A DNA stretch of 35,437 bases from Coriobacteriales bacterium (GTDB lineage: Bacteria; Actinomycetota; Coriobacteriia; Coriobacteriales; UBA8131), in NCBI GenBank assembly GCA_031268525.1, contig JAIRXA010000101.1, forward strand, positions 1 to 35,437, read 5' to 3'. Positions 8,616-17,473 of this stretch are shown here, one piece after another (within the stretch, counting starts at the first letter, position 1; every line of letters begins with the position of its first letter). A model generated the notes under the pieces. It was not told where the DNA came from. It did no database searches and saw nothing but the letters and a program-made list of their open reading frames with translations. Position numbers and translations under genes: made by a program.

Positions 8616-9743
8616 TCACGAAAGGGCATCCTTGAGGCGCTGCATGGGGCCCTTGCGTCCGCCGATCTCGTCGCCAAACTCGGCGGCCAAATCCTCCAGA
8701 AGCTCCTGCTGGCGCTTCGTCAGGTTCTTGGGGATGATAACGAGAACATGCGCGTACAGGTCACCTCGCGTGTCCTTCTTGAAGCGCGGCATCCCACGTC
8801 CCTTGACGCGGATCACCTGCTCGTTCTGGCAGCCTTCAGGTATCTCGACCTCAACCTTCTCGTTTGGCAAAATGCCATCCACCTCAACTCGGGCGCCGAG
8901 GGTGGCCTGCGTGATGGATACCTGTCGCCGCACGTGCAGGTCGTCGCCGTCTCGCTGAAAACTGCGGTGCTGCTCGACGCGCACGGTGACGATCAGATTG
9001 CCCGCAACCGCCCCATGCAGACCCGCCTCGCCATACCCCATCAGGCGCAGCTGCTGTCCGTCGCGGATACCATGCGGCACCTCGACGGTAATCCGTTGGC
9101 GATCGGGCAGGCGACCCTGTCCCTCGCAGTCAGGGCAGGGAATATCGATGGTCTGCCCGGTACCACCGCATTCAGGGCAGGTTGTCTGGGTTTGCATGTC
9201 GCCGAGGAAGGTTCGTTGGATTGAGATGACGCGCCCGCTCCCCTTGCAATTCGCACAGGCTACCATCTTGCCACCTTCGGCAAGGCCCGTACCCTTGCAG
9301 GTCTCGCAGGGAGCGAGGCGATCATAGACGATTTCCTTCTTGGCACCGGTCGCGACCTCTTCCAAAGTGAGTTTGAGGCCAACGCCCATGTCCCGTCCCT
9401 CGCGACGAATGGCCGCACGTCCGTGCGCCGCACCGCCGAAGAAGGTCGAGAACAGATCGCCCATTCCGAAGCCTGAGCCAAAAAGATCATCGAGGTCAAC
9501 GTACTGATAACCTCCGCCACCTCCCTGACTGCCAACCGAGCCGTAACGATCATACTGAGCGCGTTTTCCGGTGTCTGAAAGCACGTCGTAGGCCTCGTTG
9601 AGCTCCTTGAAACGCTCTTCGGCATCCGGCGACTTGTTCACGTCGGGATGCAACTCGCGCGCCTTGCGGTAAAAAGCCTTCTTTATCTCACTATCCGTCG
9701 CATCTCGGGCGACCTCAAGTATCTTGTAGTAATCGCTTGCCAC
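8616..9743 (-). CDS. dnaJ: Molecular chaperone DnaJ (hrcA-linked paralogue, dnaJ2 type)
   Basis: J domain (DYYKILEV...HPD), a G/F region and four CxxCxGxG zinc motifs (CETCKGTG, CANCKGSG, CPECGGTG, CPDCEGQG). Confidence 0.95.
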   Translation of the reverse strand: MASDYYKILEVARDATDSEIKKAFYRKARELHPDVNKSPDAEERFKELNEAYDVLSDTGKRAQYDRYGSVGSQGGGGGYQYVDLDDLFGSGFGMGDLFSTFFGGAAHGRAAIRREGRDMGVGLKLTLEEVATGAKKEIVYDRLAPCETCKGTGLAEGGKMVACANCKGSGRVISIQRTFLGDMQTQTTCPECGGTGQTIDIPCPDCEGQGRLPDRQRITVEVPHGIRDGQQLRLMGYGEAGLHGAVAGNLIVTVRVEQHRSFQRDGDDLHVRRQVSITQATLGARVEVDGILPNEKVEVEIPEGCQNEQVIRVKGRGMPRFKKDTRGDLYAHVLVIIPKNLTKRQQELLEDLAAEFGDEIGGRKGPMQRLKDALS

Positions 9744-9755
9744 ATGCTTCCTTTC

Positions 9756-10529
9756 TCAGCTGCCTGCGGACATGGTGCCGATAGACCGTACGGCCAGAGA
9801 GACGGCCTGTATGACGGTACGATAGTCCATACGTGTTGGGCCGAAGACCGCGATGACTCCCGTGTGATGATAGGTCGCCAGGCGCTCGGCAATCAGGGAA
9901 AAAGGCGAAAGCGGGCCATCGGCCTCCCCTATTCCGACAAGTACCCGAAAACGCGTCTGATAGAGCGCATTCTCAAGCAGAAAACCCAGCGCCTGTGAGC
10001 GTTCAAGCAGCTCCATCAAGGGAACGAGCGCCTGAGCATCATGAAACTCAGGCTGTGCGAGCAGGCGCGACAGACCGCGCTGCTGGACCGTGCGTTCAGG
10101 ACTGGTGAGCCACAGAACCGCCAGCAGGCCAGTCGCCTCACTCAGCGCATCGAGCGCGATACCGGAGCGCTCCTCGAGGTCGGGAGCTGCCACTTCGCGC
10201 GAGCCGACGGGATGCACCGCAACCTGCCTGTTCGTTGCGGACACCGTCGATGAAGCAGCGTGACCGCGCGCCAGACGTGTGAGCAAAAGACCGTTGACAA
10301 ACATGCGGAAGCCGAGATTGGTTGGCATGCGCCCTGCCGAAGTGTGGGGAGAACGCGCAAAACCATCGGCCTCAAGACCCATCAGCTCACTTCGGATGGT
10401 CGCCGAGGAGATGTCGGTCAGATAGGTCTGCGCAAGGCGACGCGACGCAACGGGCGCAGCGCTCGCCACGTACTCGTCAACGAGCGCATTGAGAACCTTC
10501 TGACGCCGATCAGTCAGCATGTCGTGCAC
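9756..10529 (-). CDS. hrcA: Heat-inducible transcription repressor HrcA (short form, 257 aa)
   Basis: N-terminal winged-helix region LTDRRQKVLNALVDEYVASAAPVASRRLA...SSATIRSELMGLEADGF typical of HrcA. It lies immediately upstream of dnaJ. Confidence 0.85.
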   Translation of the reverse strand: MHDMLTDRRQKVLNALVDEYVASAAPVASRRLAQTYLTDISSATIRSELMGLEADGFARSPHTSAGRMPTNLGFRMFVNGLLLTRLARGHAASSTVSATNRQVAVHPVGSREVAAPDLEERSGIALDALSEATGLLAVLWLTSPERTVQQRGLSRLLAQPEFHDAQALVPLMELLERSQALGFLLENALYQTRFRVLVGIGEADGPLSPFSLIAERLATYHHTGVIAVFGPTRMDYRTVIQAVSLAVRSIGTMSAGS

Positions 10530-10571
10530 ACCTTTCGTTCTTCTTGAAACAAAGTCTCCTCTTCAGCCAAT

Positions 10572-10601
10572 CTTATATGGTAACAGTCCGCGACGCTTCA
10601 A
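10572..10601 (-). promoter_or_regulatory. Candidate sigma-70-type promoter for hrcA-dnaJ (TTGAAG - 18 nt - TATAAG)
   Basis: Minus-strand motif match only, in the 104-bp hemW-hrcA gap. It is followed by GAAAGGTG about 8 nt before the hrcA ATG. Confidence 0.3.
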
Positions 10602-10633
10602 CACGCCACAGAGAAACAATCGTCAGCAAAATG

Positions 10634-11788
10634 TCATTGACTGCGTGACCCCGAAACGCCAGCGAGGGCCCATATTCGCCCGTAGAGCTCGTTGCCGAGA
10701 AGCCAGCCTCGAGCAGTTGGGCGGTAACGCTTCTCGTCTGCCTCGACCAGGCCGAGATCGATGAGTTCGGAGAAGACCTCATAAGCTCCGGGAAGTATGA
10801 TGTCTGCCCGAGTAAGCTGTTCGCGGGCAATCCCCTCGCTCATCCGCATCCCGAGCATCAGATCTTCGGTGATTGCCTGCGCAGGCGTCAGGGTCTCGAC
10901 AACCTTTCCTCCCATCAGACGCTCACGGCCCGTGGCGCTCTGACGCATCCCCGCCGCTCCCCTACCCAGCCCCAGATAACTGACACCTGTCCAGTAGGCG
11001 CTGTTATGGCGACATTCAGATCCCGGTTTTGCATATGAGGCAACCTCGTAGCGATGATAACCCTGCTGGCGGAGGTGCTCGGCGGCCTGCTCCATGAAAA
11101 GCGCCTGCGTATCCTCGTCCAGCGACACGAGCCTACCCTGCTTGGCAGCGTGAGCAAAGGGCGTGCCCTCCTCAACCGTGAGCGGATAGATGCTGATATG
11201 CGGCAGGTCGAAGGTTTCCGCCGCTTCGAGGCTTGCGAGCCAGCTGGCCATCGTCTGTCCGGCGATCCCGCAGATCAGATCGATGGACAGATTGTCACAG
11301 CGCTCTCGAATGGCCGTAATCGCCCCGCGTGCACGAGCAGCGTCATGGATACGTCCCAATGCACGTAAGTCCGCATCCTGAAAACTCTGCACACCTAGGG
11401 AAAAACGGTTAACGCCGAGGGCAAAGAGGTCGCGAACGAGCGAATCGGTGATCTGTTCCGGGTTGGCCTCCACCGTGAACTCAAGGCCAGTGAGGTCGAT
11501 GCTCAGGGCAAGGGTGTAGACGAGTTGCACGAGTCGTCGAGAACCGAGGAAACTGGGAGAACCGCCACCGATATAGACGCTTCGGACAGCGGAAAGCAGC
11601 CCCTCACGTGCGACGTCACGCACTTCACGGATCAAGCCATCGAGATAGGTATCGATCCGCGGATCATCGGGCGCTACTGCCTCGGTCGTAAAATCACAGT
11701 AGGCACAGCGAGACGCACAAAAGGGAATGTGGAGATACAGAGCTCCATAGGGTTCAGATTGTGCGGCGTTCATCGACTCAACATTCAT
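10634..11788 (-). CDS. hemW: Radical SAM heme chaperone HemW (HemN-like, oxygen-independent coproporphyrinogen oxidase family)
   Basis: 384 aa with LYLHIPFCASRCAYCDF (CX3CX2C) and a HemN C-terminal-like domain. It occupies the conserved lepA-hemN-hrcA neighbourhood. The start may instead be the ATG at 11773. Confidence 0.9.
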   Translation of the reverse strand: MNVESMNAAQSEPYGALYLHIPFCASRCAYCDFTTEAVAPDDPRIDTYLDGLIREVRDVAREGLLSAVRSVYIGGGSPSFLGSRRLVQLVYTLALSIDLTGLEFTVEANPEQITDSLVRDLFALGVNRFSLGVQSFQDADLRALGRIHDAARARGAITAIRERCDNLSIDLICGIAGQTMASWLASLEAAETFDLPHISIYPLTVEEGTPFAHAAKQGRLVSLDEDTQALFMEQAAEHLRQQGYHRYEVASYAKPGSECRHNSAYWTGVSYLGLGRGAAGMRQSATGRERLMGGKVVETLTPAQAITEDLMLGMRMSEGIAREQLTRADIILPGAYEVFSELIDLGLVEADEKRYRPTARGWLLGNELYGRIWALAGVSGSRSQ

Positions 11789-12776
11789 CTAGTATCCATG
11801 AAAACAGGGCCTCGTAATCGGCCAGAGACACACAGGTCTGAACCGCACGACGAAGAGCGCCTGCCTGAGGAGTCCCACGAAAGTACCAGGCAGTATGCTT
11901 ACGCATCGAGGCAAGACGCCTTGGATAGCACGTCGCCAGACCCCGGGTATGTTCGCGGGCAATCCGCACGCGTTCGCCCAGATCGGGGACGCCATCTGAC
12001 GGGTTCTTTCCTGTAGACAGGGTGCTTCCGGCAGAAAATATCCAGGGATTACCCTGAGCACCGCGTGCGACCATGACCGCACGTGCCCCCTGCTCTTCGC
12101 GATAGAAGCGAATGTCGTCTCGGGTGAAGACATCGCCACTGGCGATCACCGGGATCTCAACGGCAGCAACCACACGTCCGATAAGCTCGCGATCGGCGCT
12201 ACCGTGGTAGAACTGCTGGGCTGTACGACCGTGTATGGCAAGCGCTGCCATACCACACTGTTGTGCTCTCCGTGCGAACTCTACGGCGATATCCTCGTCA
12301 AGCTCGTAGCCCTTACGGAACTTCACGGTCACCGGTAAGTCCACAGCCGAGACAACTGCTCGCATAATAGTGTCTGCCAACAGGGGCTCGCGTAGTAAAG
12401 CAGCGCCGTCGCCCTTGGTGACGATTTTGCGGGCCGGACACGCCATATTGATGTCGATCAGCGCCAGATTGCCGTCAAAGCGCTCCTCCAACACACATGC
12501 CTGCTTTGCCAGCACATCCGGCTCGTGTCCGAAGAGCTGCGCCGCCACGGGTTGCTTTGTCTCATCAGCAAGCAGGTCAAAGGATTTCTGGTTGCCAAAG
12601 CTCAGGCCCTTAGCCGAAACCATCTCCGTATACGTCAGGTCAGCCCCCATGCGCGCACAGAGGGAGCGGAAGATGGGGTCGTTGACGCCCGCCATCGGCG
12701 CGAGCAAAACGCCGCGTCCGAGCAGTTCGTCGATGGTCGGACGGACGCTCATCGAACCCTGATAATCACTCGTCAA
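11778..12776 (-). CDS. dus: tRNA dihydrouridine synthase (Dus family)
   Basis: 332 aa with [34 protein letters not shown] and [11 protein letters not shown] (catalytic Cys region). The start may instead be the ATG at 12752, since 12776 overlaps the lepA stop. Confidence 0.88.
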   Translation of the reverse strand: MTSDYQGSMSVRPTIDELLGRGVLLAPMAGVNDPIFRSLCARMGADLTYTEMVSAKGLSFGNQKSFDLLADETKQPVAAQLFGHEPDVLAKQACVLEERFDGNLALIDINMACPARKIVTKGDGAALLREPLLADTIMRAVVSAVDLPVTVKFRKGYELDEDIAVEFARRAQQCGMAALAIHGRTAQQFYHGSADRELIGRVVAAVEIPVIASGDVFTRDDIRFYREEQGARAVMVARGAQGNPWIFSAGSTLSTGKNPSDGVPDLGERVRIAREHTRGLATCYPRRLASMRKHTAWYFRGTPQAGALRRAVQTCVSLADYEALFSWILDEC

Positions 12777-14568
12777 CCTTCAGGATTGCCATGAAGGCCT
12801 CCTGTGGAACCTCGACACTGCCGATATTCTTCATACGCTTCTTGCCCGCTTTCTGCTTCTCCAACAGCTTACGCTTGCGGGTGATATCGCCTCCATAGCA
12901 TTTGGCGAGCACATCCTTACGACGCGCCTTGACCGTCGTGCGTGCCAGCACACGCCCCCCGACCGCCGCCTGAATAGGCACCTCAAAGAGTTGACGAGGG
13001 ATGATCTCCTTGAGCCGTATGGACAGCGTGTTGCCCATCGAATAGGCCTTGTCCCTATGTACGATGAAACTCAGGGCGTCCACAGGTTTGCCTGACAGAA
13101 GGATATCAAGACGTACAAGTTGAGAGAATCGATAATCGGAGAACTCATAATCGAGCGAGGCATAGCCCTTCGTGCGGCTCTTGAGCTGGTCAAAGTAGTC
13201 CATGATCAGCTCGGAGAGCGGGATATCCCAACGCATCTCAACGGTGGTCGTCGAAAGGTACTGCATGGTGTCAAAGACGCCGCGTCGCGCGATAGAGAGA
13301 TCCATGACGGCGCCGACGTAATCAGGCGGAATGAGGATGGTCGCCTTGAGGTAGGGCTCTTCAATGTGCTCGATGGATACAGGATCGGGCATATCCTGCG
13401 GCGAATGAATGGAGAGCATCTCCCCATTGGTGAGAAAGACGTGGTACTCCACGCTGGGTGCCGTCGCAAGCAGATCGAGGCTGAATTCACGTTCAAGGCG
13501 CTCCTTGACGACCTCCATGTGGAGCAGGCCGAGGAAACCAACGCGAAATCCAAAGCCCAGAGCGTGGCTTGTTTCCGGTTCATAGACAAGTGCCGGATCG
13601 TTGAGTCGCAGCTTGTCGAGCGCATCGCGCAGGTCGGTATACTGGTCGCCCTCAAGGGGGAAGATGCCCGTATAGACCATCGGTTTGACCTCGCGATAGC
13701 CGGGCAGGGGTTCGCTGACGCCACCACGCTCCAGAGTCACGGTGTCGCCGACCTTCACGTCTGCAGGATCCTTTAGGCCCGTAATGAGATAGCCAACCTC
13801 ACCGACCATAAGATTGTCAACCGGTGTATTGGCAGGACGGCGCACGCCAACCTCCTCGACCTGTGTCGCGACGTCGGTTGCCATGAAGCGAATCTTCTGA
13901 CCCGTGGTGAGGGTGCCGTCGATGATTCGTACGAGAGCTACGACTCCACGATAGGCGTCAAAATAGGAATCGAAGATCAGTGCCGCAAGGGGCTGATCCG
14001 CAGCACCGGATGGCAGGGGGATACGCTGAACGATTGCCTCCAGCAGTTCCTCGACGCCTTCCCCGGTCTTGCCGGAAACCAAAATGGCCTCATCGGCGGG
14101 TATGGCCAGCCCTTCCTCAATCTCATGACGGACACGTTCAATATCGGCAGCCGGCAGGTCGATCTTGTTGATAACGGGGATGATCTCCAGACCGGCATTC
14201 ATGGCCATCAGGGCATTCGCAACCGTCTGTGCCTCTACGCCCTGCGTCGCGTCGACAACGAGCACCGCTCCCTCGCAGGCAGCCAGTGAGCGGGAGACCT
14301 CATAGGTAAAGTCCACGTGTCCCGGTGTGTCGATGAGGTTGAGCTGGTAGGTCTGGCCGTCGCGCGCATCGTACATGACCCGTACGGCCTGCGACTTGAT
14401 GGTGATCCCACGCTCGCGCTCAATGTCCATCGAGTCGAGCACCTGCTCGACCATGTCGCGCTCGGCAATGGTGTGAGTCAGCTGCAAGACCCTGTCGGCG
14501 AGAGTCGATTTCCCATGATCTATATGGGCGATGATGGAGAAATTGCGTATCAGGGATGGATCGGTCAT
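12766..14568 (-). CDS. lepA: Translation elongation factor 4 (LepA)
   Basis: 600 aa with [31 protein letters not shown] and the LepA-specific C-terminal domain. Confidence 0.97.
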   Translation of the reverse strand: MTDPSLIRNFSIIAHIDHGKSTLADRVLQLTHTIAERDMVEQVLDSMDIERERGITIKSQAVRVMYDARDGQTYQLNLIDTPGHVDFTYEVSRSLAACEGAVLVVDATQGVEAQTVANALMAMNAGLEIIPVINKIDLPAADIERVRHEIEEGLAIPADEAILVSGKTGEGVEELLEAIVQRIPLPSGAADQPLAALIFDSYFDAYRGVVALVRIIDGTLTTGQKIRFMATDVATQVEEVGVRRPANTPVDNLMVGEVGYLITGLKDPADVKVGDTVTLERGGVSEPLPGYREVKPMVYTGIFPLEGDQYTDLRDALDKLRLNDPALVYEPETSHALGFGFRVGFLGLLHMEVVKERLEREFSLDLLATAPSVEYHVFLTNGEMLSIHSPQDMPDPVSIEHIEEPYLKATILIPPDYVGAVMDLSIARRGVFDTMQYLSTTTVEMRWDIPLSELIMDYFDQLKSRTKGYASLDYEFSDYRFSQLVRLDILLSGKPVDALSFIVHRDKAYSMGNTLSIRLKEIIPRQLFEVPIQAAVGGRVLARTTVKARRKDVLAKCYGGDITRKRKLLEKQKAGKKRMKNIGSVEVPQEAFMAILKVDE

Positions 14569-14571
14569 GGT

Positions 14572-14613
14572 CCCGTCTCTATCGCGAGACGGGCACCCGC
14601 AGATGCCCGTCTC
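14572..14613 (-). promoter_or_regulatory. Three-segment alternative hairpin between rpsA and lepA; the middle segment can pair with either neighbour, and one pairing covers the lepA RBS region
   Basis: Plus-strand CCCGTCTC (14572..14579), GAGACGGGCA (14586..14595) and TGCCCGTCTC (14604..14613). 14586..14595 is complementary to both flanking segments. 14572..14579 lies 3 nt upstream of the lepA ATG on the transcript. Confidence 0.4.
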
Positions 14614-14637
14614 AGTGGTCAGTATGTCAGGGCGTGT

Positions 14638-16134
14638 TTATTCCTCGCTTGTTGTTGGCTCGGGTTTCGGTGCTTCCTCGGCGGGGACTTCGGCGACGGG
14701 CTCGACGGGCTCGGTGGGGGCCTCAGCAGATTCCTCAATGGGAGTCTCGACGTCTTCTTCGGTAGGCACTTCGGCTTCCTCAACGGGGGCCTCGACGTCT
14801 TCTTCGGCGACGGGCTCGACGTCCTCGGTGGGGGCCTCAACAGCTTCTTCAGCAGGAGCCTCAGCTTCCGTCTCACTTCCGCCTGCATCGGCATCCATCT
14901 CGTCGGCTGCCTCAAGCTCGCCATCGGATTCGCCCTGACCTTCCTCACCCTTCTCCTCGCCACGCTCCTTGCGGGTCTTTGGCTTGGGCTTCGGGACGTT
15001 TGGATCAGGCTCGGAAACCTCGATCTCGATTCCCAGAGTCTCGGCGGCTGACTTCATGGAAAGCGAAATGCGACGGCGGTCAGGGTCGATATCCATGACC
15101 TTGACGTGCACCGTATCGCCGACATGTACAACCTGTGAGGGCGACTCGATGTGGCGACCCGCCATTTCAGAGATATGGACGAGGCCCTCGATATTGTCAC
15201 CAAGCTCAACAAAGGAGCCAAAGCTCACGAGCTTGGTCACGCGGCCCTCAATGATCGCACCGATCGGGAAATTCTTGACAAGCTGGCGCCACGGATCCTC
15301 GGTGGTTTGCTTCAGGCCCAGCGAGATACGCTCGCGACTGAGGTCAACCTCCAAAACCTGCACTTCAACCTCATCGCCAACCTTGACGACCTCGGAGGGA
15401 TGGGAGACATGATTCCAAGACAGCTCGCTGATGTGCACGAGACCATCGATACCGCCGAGATCAACGAAGGCGCCAAAATCGACGATGGAAGAGACGGCGC
15501 CCTTCAGGCGCATACCGGGCACAAGCTTCTCCAAAATCTCACTGCGCTCATTCTTACGACCCTCTTCCAGCACCACACGACGCGAGAGAACCACATTGTT
15601 GCGGTTACGGTCCATCTCGATGACGCGTGCTTCGATATGCTCACCGGTAAAGGATTCCAGATCCTTGACGCGACGCAGGTCGACCAGAGACGCCGGCAGG
15701 AAACCTCGCAGACCGATATCGAGGATCAGGCCGCCCTTGACCACCTCGATGACCTCACCTATGACGTTCTCGCCGGAGTTGAACTTCTCTTCGATGTCGA
15801 TCCAGGCGCGCTCGTATTCCGCGCGCTTCTTGGAGAGGATCAGGCGGCCTTCCTTGTCTTCCTTCTGGAGGACAAGAGCCTCGATCTTCTCATCGATACT
15901 GACGATTTCCGAGGGATCGAGGTCCTTACGGATGGACAGCTCGCGCGCCGGTATGACTCCCTCTGATTTGAAACCGATATCGAGCAACACCTCATCATGC
16001 TCAATCTTAACGACGGTTCCAGCAACGAGATCGCCTTCGTCAAAGTCAGTGATCGTCTCGTCGATGAGCTTTGTAAGCTGGTCATCATCAACCAACTCCA
16101 GCTCAATCACTGAAGTGTTCTTGATTTCACTCAA
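14638..16134 (-). CDS. rpsA: 30S ribosomal protein S1 with an acidic low-complexity C-terminal tail
   Basis: 498 aa with four readable S1 repeats (GTVVKIEHDEVLLDIG, GEVIEVVKGGLILDIG, GAVSSIVDFGAFVDLG, GRVTKLVSFGSFVELG). TTG start at 16134 follows GGAAGGGG. The tail is E/P/A/V-rich. Confidence 0.93.
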   Translation of the reverse strand: MSEIKNTSVIELELVDDDQLTKLIDETITDFDEGDLVAGTVVKIEHDEVLLDIGFKSEGVIPARELSIRKDLDPSEIVSIDEKIEALVLQKEDKEGRLILSKKRAEYERAWIDIEEKFNSGENVIGEVIEVVKGGLILDIGLRGFLPASLVDLRRVKDLESFTGEHIEARVIEMDRNRNNVVLSRRVVLEEGRKNERSEILEKLVPGMRLKGAVSSIVDFGAFVDLGGIDGLVHISELSWNHVSHPSEVVKVGDEVEVQVLEVDLSRERISLGLKQTTEDPWRQLVKNFPIGAIIEGRVTKLVSFGSFVELGDNIEGLVHISEMAGRHIESPSQVVHVGDTVHVKVMDIDPDRRRISLSMKSAAETLGIEIEVSEPDPNVPKPKPKTRKERGEEKGEEGQGESDGELEAADEMDADAGGSETEAEAPAEEAVEAPTEDVEPVAEEDVEAPVEEAEVPTEEDVETPIEESAEAPTEPVEPVAEVPAEEAPKPEPTTSEE

Positions 16135-16325
16135 GGGTGGACCCCTTCCGTATAGGGGCCCCTTGTGCCATGCTCTCCGTCACGAACCTCGTACGCTGAG
16201 TGGAAACTGAACATGTCTCGGGGCCAACAGTAGTTTGCTCTCGGACCGATGCCCGGGATACATCGTTCAGTATAGCGTTTCAGCAGGGTCAAGGACAAGC
16301 TATCGCGCAAGAAGCGCGCGAGAAG

Positions 16326-16826
16326 TCAACTCTCAAGGACCGATGGTGCGAATCGCGTGCAAAGTGCGGCCTCCACCATGGGGCTTACCCAGAAACTCAC
16401 GCTGCCACCCATGCTTGCAATTTCCTTCACCATTGAGGAGCTGAGATACATATGTTCAGGTGCCGCCATGATGAACATCGTTTCCAGCGAGGGGTTGAGG
16501 CGATAGTTGAGCGCTGATTGCTGAAACTCCGACTCGAAGTCGGTCACGACGCGAAGCCCCTTGACGATGGCCTGCGCACCCACCTCAACCGCGAAGTCCA
16601 CCAGCAGTTTTGAGAAAGGCCTGACCTCGGCGTTTGGAACATCCTTCAGCGCGTCACGCGCAAAGGCGACACGCTCGTCCAGAGTGAAGAGCGGACCACC
16701 ACCCTTGCTCTGCGAGGTCGCAACACCGACGATCACGGTATCGAATATCTGTGAAGCGCGCACGACGACATCGATATGGCCCATCGTGATGGGGTCAAAA
16801 GTCCCGGGGATCAGAGCGGCTCGCAC
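16326..16826 (-). CDS. coaD: Phosphopantetheine adenylyltransferase
   Basis: GTFDPITMGH motif. Family length (166 aa) is obtained with GTG 16826, preceded by GAGGAAGGA. The longer ORF to 17024 overlaps rsmD and looks non-coding. Confidence 0.92.
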   Translation of the reverse strand: MRAALIPGTFDPITMGHIDVVVRASQIFDTVIVGVATSQSKGGGPLFTLDERVAFARDALKDVPNAEVRPFSKLLVDFAVEVGAQAIVKGLRVVTDFESEFQQSALNYRLNPSLETMFIMAAPEHMYLSSSMVKEIASMGGSVSFWVSPMVEAALCTRFAPSVLES

Positions 16827-16839
16827 GTCGATTCCTTCC

Positions 16840-17463
16840 TCAACGGCATAGATAGTAGCGTATCTGGGTCGTTCCGTAGGTCTTGCAGGATAGCATCTCC
16901 AGCTCGAAAGGTGAACCGTCGCTCGACAGCACACTGCCCTTAAGGCCTTCTTCGGCGTCAATGCCCTGCTCATAGCTGATGAGCGTCCCGGGACCAAGGG
17001 CACCTGATCGTGCGATATCGGCAAGCAATGCCTTCACGCTGCCCTGCTCCAGATCGTAGGGCGGATCGAGGATAAGGAGGTCATGGGGCGCCGAGGTCGG
17101 CAGCCTCGCAGGCAGTCTCTTCTGTGTTGAAGCTGCGAAGATATCTCCGGCGATGACCAGTGAGCGCTCAGACGTGTCGAGACCGAGACTTGCGAGATTC
17201 GCGTGAATGACCGTGAGTGCGCGTCGGTGTCGCTCGACAAACACACAATGGGCCGCCCCTCGCGAGAGCGCCTCGATTCCAAGCGCGCCGCTGCCTGCAA
17301 AGGCATCCAGCACGTACAGGCCCTCAAAACCGGAGCCCTTGGGTGCAAGGGAGATGACCGTACTCGCCCACGCCTCGCGGACCCGATCGGTCGTCGGACG
17401 CGTTGCACTGCCCGGAACAGCCGCGAAGCTACGCCCTCGCAGGTCACCCGCGATCACTCGCAT
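16840..17463 (-). CDS. rsmD: 16S rRNA (guanine966-N2)-methyltransferase RsmD
   Basis: MRVIAGDLRGRSF...RPTTDRVREA...LDAFAGSGALGIEALSRGA...LILDPPY. ATG at 17463; the ORF extension to 17613 overlaps the recG 3' end. Confidence 0.88.
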   Translation of the reverse strand: MRVIAGDLRGRSFAAVPGSATRPTTDRVREAWASTVISLAPKGSGFEGLYVLDAFAGSGALGIEALSRGAAHCVFVERHRRALTVIHANLASLGLDTSERSLVIAGDIFAASTQKRLPARLPTSAPHDLLILDPPYDLEQGSVKALLADIARSGALGPGTLISYEQGIDAEEGLKGSVLSSDGSPFELEMLSCKTYGTTQIRYYLCR

Positions 17464-17473
17464 GGCAGTTTTT

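Noticed and set aside
10530-10633. CIRCE operator upstream of hrcA
   Set aside because: No inverted repeat resembling TTAGCACTC-N9-GAGTGCTAA is visible, so it is not reported as a feature.
16135-16325. Possible sRNA or small ORF in the 190-bp coaD-rpsA gap
   Set aside because: It is most simply the rpsA promoter (possible TTGTCC-18-TATACT) plus a roughly 135-nt leader. There is no independent evidence for a separate gene.
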